Source: a virus. From it: 64,000 nucleotides of DNA. Under the pieces are notes generated by a model that saw only the letters and a program-made list of their open reading frames with translations, made no database searches and was not told the origin of the DNA. The translations under genes were made by a program, and so were the position numbers. The stretch spans positions 1 through 64,000 of the IMG/VR virus record IMGVR_UViG_3300037628_000643; one strand, given 5' to 3'. How positions within the stretch are numbered: the stretch's first letter is position 1; every line of letters begins with the position of its first letter. Positions 55,336 to 64,000 of this stretch are shown here, in pieces.

Positions 55336-56868
55336 ATGTCACAAACGAAAACGGGTTTGTCTTCCCCAACAAATGCCTCTGCTACTGTTCTTGGTAATGG
55401 AACTTTGTGGCTCACTGAAGTCTCTATAGGCGACTTCTATATAAAAGCAGGTAACGCACTACCTATTGTCTACACTGTCGGAGGCATTGTATCCGATACA
55501 GAATTGACCTTAACAGCACCATATGGCGATGCAACAGAAGTAGATATAGCATACGTCATTCATCGAGATTTTTTCCCAAATGGTAACGGACAATTATTTA
55601 GTACTGATGTAGAGACCGCTGGTATTTATAATGAGACGGCGAAGAGTGAAATTGTCCAAGGTGATCTGGGAACTGCTTCACTTGCAAGCGCAGAACGCTT
55701 ATCAAACACACCTTATTGCACAGATTCAGGTATTGCAGATGCTTACGTCCTAACGGTCGACTATACAAATGCAGCTGTTACCGCATACAATGACGGCGAC
55801 CAATTTCGGTTTATGGTAACCAATACACCAACTGGTGGATCGACTATAAAAGTTGGTTCTGGAGCTGTCGTAGCATTAGTCAAAAAAGATGGCACAGCAA
55901 TTACAGCGAGTTATTTTGCTGGTGGAGATGAACTTGAGATTCAATACGACCTTGCGAATAATCGGTTTTTTATTACAAGTGGAACATTGGCTCAACTTGA
56001 TGGACAAATAACTCCAGCTGTTTCTGGAAACACAGTTGGTGATTTAACAAAAGTTGGCGATGACATTTCAAACTTTACTGGTATTGGTCGAAAGAATTTA
56101 TTAATCAATGCAGGCTTTAGGATTAATCAGGAAGAGTATGTATCGAGTGCAACTTTAGCTGCTGGTGAATACGGTCATGATATGAACAAGGCTGGTTCAT
56201 CAGGTGGAGACTATACATTCACACAATTAGCCAGCACTACTGAAATAACTATTTTGGCCGGCAAGTCTTTAATCAATGAAATTGAGTCCAAAGAAGTAGA
56301 GGGCGGCACTTATGTTTTGTCATGGGAAGGAACCGCAAAGGCGCGAGCCGGTGTTGATTCATTAATTCCATTAGGAACATTTGTGGTTAGCCCATTAGTA
56401 ATAAATGCTCAAACAGCATCCACTGTAATGTCAGTTGAATTTGATGAAGGCACATTAAAGAAAAAGAAATTGGAAAGAGCGTCAGTACCAACAGAATATA
56501 GAGAGGTAAGTATTGGTAATGATGAGTATGAATGTTTCCGTCATTTTGAAAGGATAAGGGCTGATGCTGCTGGATATCGTTTTTCTGTAGGGTATCAGGA
56601 TACTACTATAGCTTTAAATTCAATATTATTTTACCGAGAAAAAAGAATTGATTCGGTAGTAATAAGCAGCAGTGCTGTATCTAATTTTACGATGATAACC
56701 GCTGGCGCAATTGCAAACATAACCAGTTTAACCACCTCGAACGCATCACGAAGTCGAGCAAATCTAGCAGGCGGACACAATCCGTTTGGTGTAGCCGGAA
56801 ACGGGTGTATGGTTCGAGCCATAAGCGCTAGTGCATTTATTGACATAGACGCGAGGTTAATAACATGA
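55336..56868 (+). CDS. Tail fibre / receptor-binding protein
   Basis: V-x-G-x-GT-x-W N-terminus; NLLINAGF-x-INQ; CFRHFE C-terminal module. Confidence 0.75.
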   Translation: MSQTKTGLSSPTNASATVLGNGTLWLTEVSIGDFYIKAGNALPIVYTVGGIVSDTELTLTAPYGDATEVDIAYVIHRDFFPNGNGQLFSTDVETAGIYNETAKSEIVQGDLGTASLASAERLSNTPYCTDSGIADAYVLTVDYTNAAVTAYNDGDQFRFMVTNTPTGGSTIKVGSGAVVALVKKDGTAITASYFAGGDELEIQYDLANNRFFITSGTLAQLDGQITPAVSGNTVGDLTKVGDDISNFTGIGRKNLLINAGFRINQEEYVSSATLAAGEYGHDMNKAGSSGGDYTFTQLASTTEITILAGKSLINEIESKEVEGGTYVLSWEGTAKARAGVDSLIPLGTFVVSPLVINAQTASTVMSVEFDEGTLKKKKLERASVPTEYREVSIGNDEYECFRHFERIRADAAGYRFSVGYQDTTIALNSILFYREKRIDSVVISSSAVSNFTMITAGAIANITSLTTSNASRSRANLAGGHNPFGVAGNGCMVRAISASAFIDIDARLIT

Positions 56869-57176
56869 TTATTAACAGCGTAAAAATTAGAGGTGATGAT
56901 TTCTCCGCTGTTATTTGTGGTCGAGAACACTTTGGTATAAAGAAAGGATCTAGCTTTTATCCAGAAGTAAAAGAATGGATTGAAGCAGGAAATACACCTG
57001 AACCAGAATTCACTAAAGATGAACTTGACCAGCAAGCGCAAGAGAAAGTAAATGCTGACGCAAAGAAGTATTTAGACGATACTGATTGGTATATAACCAG
57101 ACGAACAGAAGCTAGCAAGCCAATTCCTAATGATATATTAGAAAAGAGACAACAAGCAAGAGACGCAATCGTATGA
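56865..57176 (+). CDS. Tail fibre assembly chaperone-like protein
   Basis: WIEAGNTPEP; YLDDTDWY…PIP…RQQAR. Confidence 0.7.
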   Translation: MIINSVKIRGDDFSAVICGREHFGIKKGSSFYPEVKEWIEAGNTPEPEFTKDELDQQAQEKVNADAKKYLDDTDWYITRRTEASKPIPNDILEKRQQARDAIV

Positions 57177-57706
57177 CTAATTTTAGAGACAACACAATAA
57201 AAGAAATCATCCGCATAGAAGGCGGATACAGTAACGACAAAAATGACAGTGGAGGCGAAACCAAATACGGTATAGCAAAAAAATCACACCCGAACATTGA
57301 CATTAAGAATTTAACAAAGTCAGATGCAACAAAAATCTATATTGATATGTATTGGAACTCTATAAGAGGTGATGACTTAACAGCTATCTCCACCCTTATT
57401 GCTAATGAAGTTTTCGATACAGCAGTGAACCTTGGCGTCAACCGTGCATCAAAAATATTGCAAAGAAACTTAAATGTATTCAATAACAGACAAGAGTATT
57501 ATAACGATATACTTGTAGATGGAGACATCGGCAATGCGACAATAGTAACGCTACAATCTTATGCTAGAAAACGCTTCAACGATGGAGGCGAAGAAGTATT
57601 GCACAAGATGCTTAATTGCCTTCAAGGTGCGTTTTATGTCGATCTATGTGAGCGCAGAGAGAAAGACGAAAAATATATGTTCGGCTGGGCGAAGAACAGA
57701 ACATGA
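57173..57706 (+). CDS. Endolysin, glycosyl hydrolase 108 with PG-binding domain
   Basis: EGGYSND-x-x-D-x-GGETKYGI; FDTAVN-x-G; VDGDIG-x-x-T; GW-x-x-NR. Confidence 0.92.
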   Translation: MTNFRDNTIKEIIRIEGGYSNDKNDSGGETKYGIAKKSHPNIDIKNLTKSDATKIYIDMYWNSIRGDDLTAISTLIANEVFDTAVNLGVNRASKILQRNLNVFNNRQEYYNDILVDGDIGNATIVTLQSYARKRFNDGGEEVLHKMLNCLQGAFYVDLCERREKDEKYMFGWAKNRT

Positions 57707-57924
57707 GTCTTCCAACCAGAAAAAATAGAAGATTAATAGCTATTTGGACTATGGTACTAATTTCAATGGTAGTGCTTAGGACATTATTTTTACCTGATCT
57801 TCCACCACAGGCATCAGGCCTTCTTATGGTCATTGTGCCATCATTGATCACTATTATTGCTGTATTTATCTCAGGTGAGACATATAGTGATCATTCTGCT
57901 AGAAAGCATAAAGAGGATGCGTAA
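57703..57924 (+). CDS. Holin (2 TM)
   Basis: Two hydrophobic helices and charged termini; adjacent to endolysin. Confidence 0.7.
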   Translation: MSLPTRKNRRLIAIWTMVLISMVVLRTLFLPDLPPQASGLLMVIVPSLITIIAVFISGETYSDHSARKHKEDA

Positions 57925-58325
57925 TGGAAATCATACTGTCAATAACAATCATCCTCTCATTGCTTGGAAACTTTTTTCAGCATAATAAAATACAAAATGT
58001 AAAAGAAGACAACAAAATAATAACAATTGCCGCAGAAAAAAATTACAACGCATACATTATCGCTATAAAGGCAAATGAAGAATATGAATATATTATTACT
58101 GATATGGAAAGTGCTAGCGAGTCCTGCAACAAAGATCTTGAGTTCGCTATTAACAAGTTCGACAGGTGGCAAGATTCTGAACGTCTCCAAGAGAGCATTA
58201 TCAAAGATCTCGAAGAAAGACTTAGCCATATTGATTATAGCGATAGCTGTGTCGTTCCCGCTTGGGTGGATTTTGAAGCCGGAGAAGCAAGTATTAGTAG
58301 TGTCGGAACCGGAGATGATCAGTAG
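57924..58325 (+). CDS. i-spanin-like protein
   Basis: N-terminal TM, coiled coil, C-terminal C-x-VP. Confidence 0.6.
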   Translation: MEIILSITIILSLLGNFFQHNKIQNVKEDNKIITIAAEKNYNAYIIAIKANEEYEYIITDMESASESCNKDLEFAINKFDRWQDSERLQESIIKDLEERLSHIDYSDSCVVPAWVDFEAGEASISSVGTGDDQ

Positions 58326-58518
58326 GCCCGTATATGTAACTAAGATACAATATGAGATGCCACTTCTTTTGTGTCCAAAGCCAACAATTAATGGCAAAGT
58401 TGGTGGCATGACAATGGTCGAATTTCAATTATGGGGACAGAAATCATGGAACTGGATTTCAACTTGTTATAATTCTATTATCACAGAAAGTGATATAATA
58501 CGCATAAATAACTCTTAA
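58075..58518 (+). CDS. Overlapping o-spanin-like protein (atypical)
   Basis: +1 frame overlap; Pro-rich, LLLCPKP…TCYN; no lipobox seen. Confidence 0.45.
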   Translation: MKNMNILLLIWKVLASPATKILSSLLTSSTGGKILNVSKRALSKISKKDLAILIIAIAVSFPLGWILKPEKQVLVVSEPEMISRPVYVTKIQYEMPLLLCPKPTINGKVGGMTMVEFQLWGQKSWNWISTCYNSIITESDIIRINNS

Positions 58519-58535
58519 CATTCAAGGAAATAAAC

Positions 58536-58958
58536 ATGCAGTCTTTAACAGCCTTTTTTCAAGGTATTTTTCAGCATAAAGCAACTACTCCAGCCAGTAT
58601 TATTTTTGCAGTAATTGTTTATTGGTCTGGATTTCAAACCACACAAGAAACAGCAGAAACAAATGCAATTGAGGTGTCACAGCTTGTTATCCAAGTATCT
58701 AGTCTTACCGATCAGATTGGCGAAATAAGCGATCAATTGTATGAAATGAAATATGAACCCGCGTATAAAATTATTAAACTCGGTCTCGCAGGAAAAAGCC
58801 ATGACGAAGCAATTGAAAGGATCAAATTTTGGGTCGATGAAGATTGGGTTGCAAAAATAGTAAATCTAACAGAACTATGCGAAGAGCCTAGTCGAAAATA
58901 TCTAATGAAGATTGGCGGGCCACAAGGCGCTGTAGATTATTGTAGGGCACTTTCTTAA
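58536..58958 (+). CDS. Membrane-anchored hypothetical protein
   Basis: N-terminal TM; AAGGA RBS; extended -10 upstream. Confidence 0.6.
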   Translation: MQSLTAFFQGIFQHKATTPASIIFAVIVYWSGFQTTQETAETNAIEVSQLVIQVSSLTDQIGEISDQLYEMKYEPAYKIIKLGLAGKSHDEAIERIKFWVDEDWVAKIVNLTELCEEPSRKYLMKIGGPQGAVDYCRALS

Positions 58959-58992
58959 AAAATTATGCCCACTATTATGTGGGCATTTTTTT
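58957..58992. terminator. Bidirectional terminator
   Basis: A-run, ATGCCCAC…GTGGGCAT, T-run between convergent genes. Confidence 0.8.
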
Positions 58993-58993
58993 G

Positions 58994-59227
58994 TCAATAC
59001 TTAAATGTATCTATCGTTTTCCCAGACTCATTCATGATATAGACTTTTTCATCTTTGAATACAGTGTGATCTATTCTTCTCTGCATGCCTTCGCCATGAT
59101 GCTCATACTGAACTATCGCCTGAACATCATCGTGCGCACTAATATTAAGTGCTTCAGCTAGTGGCTTAAAATCAATATGACCCTTTGCGGTAATATTTAT
59201 ACCTCCGTCTTTAACCTCGTCAATCAT
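58994..59227 (-). CDS. Small phage hypothetical protein
   Basis: GAGG RBS; ends YIMNESGKTIDTFKY. Confidence 0.6.
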   Translation of the reverse strand: MIDEVKDGGINITAKGHIDFKPLAEALNISAHDDVQAIVQYEHHGEGMQRRIDHTVFKDEKVYIMNESGKTIDTFKY

Positions 59228-59327
59228 TATTCCTCTCTTTCTTTCTATCTTTATAACAAACATATCTACTTCCTTCTTCTATGTGCGTTATTGCACGGTA
59301 ATATTTAATCACAAACAAAAACACTTG

Positions 59328-60956
59328 TCAATACTCTCTTGTCAACACCTTATGCCCCATGTAATTCCCTCCGCTCGTTATCTTTACTCCAGTGTAATCA
59401 ACCGTCAAAGATGTAGCTTTCTTATACCCATGAGCTTTAAGTTCTGCTATCGCTGTCAATAACGACTTAGGGCAATGATCAATAAGATCATCCGATGATA
59501 CTTCAGCCCACCATCTGCACGCATCTGATCTTCTATGAGGATTTCCTTCAAAATGAAAGTACTCATGAATCTTCTCTATGCCACAATGATAAGTGACACG
59601 TAGAGAGTTCTTTTTGCTCACTCTTGAATGGTGATTATCAACGGTGACGTTGAGCACCTTGATATCTTTTATCGGTGATGCGCCTTCAATAATATCATCT
59701 GTTGATGCTTCAACACCGTGATTTGGCGCTATATCTCCTCCGAATTTAGTAAAGCAAAACGGACACTCGGATGCGAGGTATTTTACTAGCTTGTCACAAC
59801 ATCCACACTTCTTAAATGGCGTTCTCTTTGCTTGCTTTTGAGCCTCTTTTGTTGGAGGTGGGCCCAATTTTGTAATATCTCTGAACCTAGAAATATTTTC
59901 TCCATAATCAAGCACCATGGCGTTTATTTTTGAAAAATGAGTACGAAGAAGTCTTCCAATTATCTGAAGCCATAAAGCCGATGACTGAGTTGCGCGAAGC
60001 ACAATCCCACAGTCAATTGACTTCACATCGAAGCCAGTTGTTAAAGTATTAATACTTATCAACCATCTTAATGAAAAATCTTCGAAGCGCTCTATAAATC
60101 CAGTTCTATCATCTAGCTCCGTATCACCTGTAATTACTTCTGAAATCTCACCCCTCTCAGCAAGAGCTGCCTTAATCTTGTATGCATGCTCAACTCCACA
60201 AGCAAAAACAAGAATGCTTTTTCGGTCAGAAGCATACTTCATTGCATCATCAAGTGCAGCTTCAATGAGGTAATCATCGTCCATTACCTGCTGCATTGCT
60301 TCGTCATTAAACTCTCCATTAGCGTTCAGCTTTATAGATGACGTATTTGCAGATAAACTAACCTCTGGAGTAATTAATGGACAAAGGAAGCCTTCATCAA
60401 ATAAAGTTGTCATTGATATTTCGTAAACAATATCATCAACAAGCCAACTCCCTTCCAATGTTCCGCTTTCCATCTTCCAAGGACTAGCGCTTAAAGTTAC
60501 AATTCGAACATGAGGATTTTTTTTCTTTAAATTCTCGAAAAATATGTAATACATCGAATCTTTTTTTAAGGAAACCCTATGGGCCTCATCAACATAAACC
60601 ACTGATACATTTTCGAATAAACTTGCTTTCCTGTATACCGATTGTATGCCAGCGAAGACAATATCTCCTGTGTGGTCTTTTGATTTATATGACGCAGAAA
60701 ATACTGTAGTCTTAGCGCTTGGCCACTGTTCTAGCATAGCTAAATTGTTTTGTAAAATTAATTTGGTAATATCTGTCAAGACAATCTGCTGAAATCCAGA
60801 AGATATGTCATGTATCCTTTTTGCAAGCTCAGCTATAATTAAGCTCTTGCCACTTCCTGTCGGAGCTTTAATTAACGGGTTTTTATCCGTGGAAAATAGA
60901 TAGTCAATCGTAGCGTCAACTGCTTCTTGTTGATAATAATGTGGCTTGTATGCCAT
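59328..60956 (-). CDS. SF2 DEAH helicase (RadD/YejH-like) with Zn ribbon
   Basis: YQQEAV, PTGSGKS, VDEAH, SAS, LTTGFD, QIIGRLLR, CxxC pairs. Confidence 0.92.
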   Translation of the reverse strand: MAYKPHYYQQEAVDATIDYLFSTDKNPLIKAPTGSGKSLIIAELAKRIHDISSGFQQIVLTDITKLILQNNLAMLEQWPSAKTTVFSASYKSKDHTGDIVFAGIQSVYRKASLFENVSVVYVDEAHRVSLKKDSMYYIFFENLKKKNPHVRIVTLSASPWKMESGTLEGSWLVDDIVYEISMTTLFDEGFLCPLITPEVSLSANTSSIKLNANGEFNDEAMQQVMDDDYLIEAALDDAMKYASDRKSILVFACGVEHAYKIKAALAERGEISEVITGDTELDDRTGFIERFEDFSLRWLISINTLTTGFDVKSIDCGIVLRATQSSALWLQIIGRLLRTHFSKINAMVLDYGENISRFRDITKLGPPPTKEAQKQAKRTPFKKCGCCDKLVKYLASECPFCFTKFGGDIAPNHGVEASTDDIIEGASPIKDIKVLNVTVDNHHSRVSKKNSLRVTYHCGIEKIHEYFHFEGNPHRRSDACRWWAEVSSDDLIDHCPKSLLTAIAELKAHGYKKATSLTVDYTGVKITSGGNYMGHKVLTREY

Positions 60957-61279
60957 TATTCCTCCATTCCCTCAAGCTTATCGCCAATAACTTCAGCTAA
61001 ACTACCTCCGCCATTATAGTGATATGTGAAAAAAGAAATAGACCCATCATTATTTTTATCTACAATAGCAAAGCCGAACTCGTCTCCGTTAAATTCCTCT
61101 ATTTCAATTGTGTATGCGATACCGTTGATGACTTCGATATTATCAATCTCATCTCTCGCCCAACTAGTGTATGTCTTATGCCATGAAGGTAGTCTTGATC
61201 CCTCGAACTTCTTTTCGAAATATTCTTCCGCATCTTTGATAGGTATTAACGTGCCTTTATTTAATTCCATGTCGCTCAT
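60956..61279 (-). CDS. Hypothetical protein
   Basis: YHYNGGGSLAE C-terminus. Confidence 0.6.
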   Translation of the reverse strand: MSDMELNKGTLIPIKDAEEYFEKKFEGSRLPSWHKTYTSWARDEIDNIEVINGIAYTIEIEEFNGDEFGFAIVDKNNDGSISFFTYHYNGGGSLAEVIGDKLEGMEE

Positions 61280-61293
61280 ATATTTTTCCTAAT

Positions 61294-61746
61294 TCACTTC
61301 GACAAATAATGAAGATTTGTAAATGTGTGGAATAACCCATTACTCTTTCCTTCCCACTCTATGACAATGTCTCCGCATGATGTATATATCTCATATACTG
61401 TATTATTAATCTGACGAACTTTTTTATGTGATCCAAATTGCTCACAGCTTGATTTATTGCTGTCCCAATAAAAATATTCGTCATCGTCATCGTCATCGCT
61501 CCAATCGGCATCTCCTTCAAGGTGTTTAAAGTTAATACCAGTTATGATATTTCCATCTTCAAATACCTCACTACAGTTAAAATCTTTTACTAGAGATGTT
61601 TCGCAACAATGCTGATGATGAAAAATAATATACTCCGAACCATTCTTCATAAAAATAGCTACTCTGTCTGATCCTATGAACAGCCCATCTATTCTTTCTA
61701 TCTCTGCACCGAGGATACAGGTTAAATTGACTCTTTCTTCGCTCAT
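61294..61746 (-). CDS. Phage hypothetical protein (H-x-Q-x-CCE type)
   Basis: HHQHCCE…W-x-G-x-SNG. Confidence 0.6.
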   Translation of the reverse strand: MSEERVNLTCILGAEIERIDGLFIGSDRVAIFMKNGSEYIIFHHQHCCETSLVKDFNCSEVFEDGNIITGINFKHLEGDADWSDDDDDDEYFYWDSNKSSCEQFGSHKKVRQINNTVYEIYTSCGDIVIEWEGKSNGLFHTFTNLHYLSK

Positions 61747-62766
61747 TTATTTCTCCTGTTGATTATTCTTGAGTATAAATTCTTTTCTAAAGTCACGAGA
61801 ATCACAATTAGTAATTTCTTCTCCATTATCCTTTCTATACAATACACTACCATCTTCATTCTGGCAAATCAAGTCATAACCTACGATTAAGCTGGGATGA
61901 TATTTATGACAAGGTTTGAATCCTTGCATGTCATATGGTTTAATTTCTTTTTTGCTCAAAAAACAATGACCCATTCCTGTTTCAAGAAAAGTTATATAAC
62001 TACAATTAAAACAATCAGGCTCAGATATATCTTTACCAGTACAGAACTTGTATGCTTCACAGCTTTGATAGGATTCACTTCCCCAAATGCAAAGCGGCTT
62101 CGAAACGGCGAGTGCCCAAGATGCTTCTGGCATTTTGTCTGTAGCGATAATGTTTTTTGCTTTTTCTTGGAGTTCCTTGAATTTAACCTCATCGAACAGT
62201 GTTTCAACGACAATGGTTCTATAGTCACCTTTAGAGTTTTTCCTTTCGCGCCCTCCATGAGCTGAAGCGAATAGTATATGCTTATGAATGCCACTATAGC
62301 CCATGTAGAACTGTGATTGATTGTAATATAAAGGAGACCACTTCTCAAGTGCTGAATGCTCGTCTTTCGCAATTAACTTTTCAAGCTTGTCTCTTTTTTG
62401 CTTGTCTGTTGATTTCATTTCCCAGACGTACTTTTCACCATCCCACACAAACTCGCCGTCTGAGTGTCCGCGAGTGAAACCATCAATAAACGTAAACTGA
62501 TTACCGTCCTCATCTACTGGCTTGAAATCAAAACCAGCCGCCAAAAATCTGTCACCTATGGTTTTTTCTGTTTTATGGCCGTCAAAAAAATGACTAGCTG
62601 ACTGATAGTTAATAAATGGCGTATATGCGTGCCTAAAGGATAGCCACTGTTTGCGATCACATCCCCCGAAAGATGACATACCTAAATAAGTTCTTTGGGT
62701 ATTATCCTTATTAGCTTCCTCTTCCATAGATTTAAATAATCTATCTAATATTTTTTGATGCTTCAT
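61747..62766 (-). CDS. Cas4-like PD-(D/E)XK exonuclease
   Basis: YLGMS-x-x-G-x-C-x-R, GHSDG, EMKS, Q-x-Q-x-YM, Cys cluster. Confidence 0.85.
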   Translation of the reverse strand: MKHQKILDRLFKSMEEEANKDNTQRTYLGMSSFGGCDRKQWLSFRHAYTPFINYQSASHFFDGHKTEKTIGDRFLAAGFDFKPVDEDGNQFTFIDGFTRGHSDGEFVWDGEKYVWEMKSTDKQKRDKLEKLIAKDEHSALEKWSPLYYNQSQFYMGYSGIHKHILFASAHGGRERKNSKGDYRTIVVETLFDEVKFKELQEKAKNIIATDKMPEASWALAVSKPLCIWGSESYQSCEAYKFCTGKDISEPDCFNCSYITFLETGMGHCFLSKKEIKPYDMQGFKPCHKYHPSLIVGYDLICQNEDGSVLYRKDNGEEITNCDSRDFRKEFILKNNQQEK

Positions 62767-62776
62767 TTGTTTTTTC

Positions 62777-63073
62777 CTAAGATTTTGAAAGCCTACCCAT
62801 TAAAGCTTCAGATATATTTACAAGTATTCTTCCTTTTGCATGAATAACCTTTACTCTTTGAGTCGTTTCAATTAAGCCCATTCTAAATGCAAGAATACCA
62901 AAAAGCTCATCAGCGAAACCTGAGGACATACTCATTACGTTAGAAAAGTCTAACCCAACAGTGCTTAAATCAGATATCTGCAAATCCACCTGATCTCTGT
63001 ATTTTATGGCTAGAACTCTTGTGCATGGGTCTGTTTCTGTGATAACAATTATGTTGTGAATTGTAGGATTCAT
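62777..63073 (-). CDS. Stand-alone STAS-like (DUF4325-like) protein
   Basis: LDFSNVMSMSSGFADELFGIL; ATGA-coupled to the upstream HNH gene. Confidence 0.75.
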   Translation of the reverse strand: MNPTIHNIIVITETDPCTRVLAIKYRDQVDLQISDLSTVGLDFSNVMSMSSGFADELFGILAFRMGLIETTQRVKVIHAKGRILVNISEALMGRLSKS

Positions 63074-63507
63074 ACAGTTTCTCCATTTAGTCCTTCTCCG
63101 TTTTTGGAGTGCCACTCTATATGGTGTTTGCTACATAACCATCGCACAGAAAGTGGATCTGAATAGTCATCATGGTGGGCATTAGTTCTATGGGTATTTC
63201 CGCAAATTTCACATGGTTTTTTCTCTAACTTACCGTCTCTCACTGCATTACCCACTATTATTTGAGCATTTCTTTTTAATGGATTATTTTTAATCCATTT
63301 TTGCTTGCACTTAGCGCCAGACGCCTTTCCTTCTTTTGTCTTGCTGTATTCCTTCCTAGCAACAACCCTTTTCGGATTCATTGCCCTTGACTTGTCATAT
63401 GTACTCTGGCACTCTTTGCATTTTGGAGAAAGACCATCTGGACTAGCTGATCTCTTGCCAAACATTAATGATTCTTTTTCTTTGTTGCATGTCCTGCATA
63501 ACTTCAT
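63070..63507 (-). CDS. HNH-like Zn-binding protein
   Basis: CxxC…PCEICG…AHHDDY-x-x-PL-x-VRWLC-x-x-HH. Confidence 0.75.
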   Translation of the reverse strand: MKLCRTCNKEKESLMFGKRSASPDGLSPKCKECQSTYDKSRAMNPKRVVARKEYSKTKEGKASGAKCKQKWIKNNPLKRNAQIIVGNAVRDGKLEKKPCEICGNTHRTNAHHDDYSDPLSVRWLCSKHHIEWHSKNGEGLNGETV

Positions 63508-63520
63508 ATATTCTCCTAGA

Positions 63521-63546
63521 AAAAAAGGCCTCACTTAGAGGCCTTT
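63521..63546 (-). terminator. Intrinsic terminator after SSB gene
   Basis: Minus strand AAAGGCCTC-TAAGT-GAGGCCTTT plus T-run. Confidence 0.85.
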
Positions 63547-63607
63547 ATATTACCCATCAGAAGGGAATTTCGTCCGAATCGAAATCATCAAAATCGTTAC
63601 CAGTTAG

Positions 63608-64000
63608 CTAACTTTTATTTTGAAACGGATTAGCGCCCTGTTGAGCAGGAGAATTCCCCACCGCACCTTGAGCAGGAGCTGCAGTACCACCAATCGCCTT
63701 GGGGTTTTTAACCTCGTTTTTGTCTTCGTAGCCTTGACTCTTAACTACCTTGACCGTACCGGAGATCATTTTGCTAAGCAGATTTTTTGGGTCTAGCATC
63801 GCTTTTGGATCTGTTACGCCACATGCGTTGCATAGACGTCCATATTCTGAGCGAGCAACCTTATTCTCTGTTCCGTCTTTTTTGACAAGGTAGTAGTTCA
63901 TCCAGATCTTGCGACCATTGTATTTTTCGCCTACAACGTCGAGTACAACCTCAACATAAATAGAACTTTCATTTCCCTGCTTCGACTCAGAGCTTGCAAC
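63608..64000 (-). CDS. DUF669-like ssDNA-binding protein, 5' end outside window; possible readthrough to 63557
   Basis: YNGRKIW…LCNACG…GYEDKNEVK…Ala/Gln-rich tail; lies upstream of Cas4-like nuclease and helicase. Confidence 0.75.
   Translation of the reverse strand, partial: VASSESKQGNESSIYVEVVLDVVGEKYNGRKIWMNYYLVKKDGTENKVARSEYGRLCNACGVTDPKAMLDPKNLLSKMISGTVKVVKSQGYEDKNEVKNPKAIGGTAAPAQGAVGNSPAQQGANPFQNKS

Noticed and set aside
37782-56868. DGR or invertible fibre system
   Set aside because: No reverse transcriptase, invertase or TR/VR pair seen
61747-62766. CRISPR-Cas system
   Set aside because: Solo Cas4-like nuclease typical of phage recombination modules; no array or other cas genes
1-64000. 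Genome-wide TAG recoding
   Set aside because: Long genes are uninterrupted and many end in TAG directly followed by the next RBS; only the SSB case shows a meaningful extension

Overview
AT-rich segment of a tailed dsDNA phage genome with siphovirus organisation; the host is probably a Gram-negative gammaproteobacterium, inferred from the CCA enzyme type, spanin-like genes and an outer-membrane barrel. About 1-28.7 kb is a mostly leftward array of small early/accessory genes with several paralog families, an HslV/proteasome-like protease, MazG-like and deoxyribosyltransferase-like enzymes, a repeat-rich putative origin (13.75-14.16 kb) and a coupled tRNA/translation-rescue trio (CCA-HD, PTH2-like, RlaP-like nucleotidyltransferase). 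About 28.9-59 kb is the rightward morphogenesis and lysis region (TerL, portal, scaffold, capsid, fibre-like protein, tail genes with a -1 frameshift chaperone, tape measure, tail tip, PagP-like barrel, fibre, GH108 endolysin, holin, spanin-like pair), interrupted by three GIY-YIG/T5orf172-like endonucleases. About 59.3-64 kb is a leftward replication module (SF2 helicase, Cas4-like nuclease, stand-alone STAS, HNH, DUF669-like SSB). Most striking: directly behind the SSB's amber stop, the same frame encodes a bacterial-SSB-type tail (…DFDDFDSDEIPF), suggesting programmed readthrough. I saw no tRNA, CRISPR array, integrase or repressor. Family calls come from motif recognition only; no searches were run.
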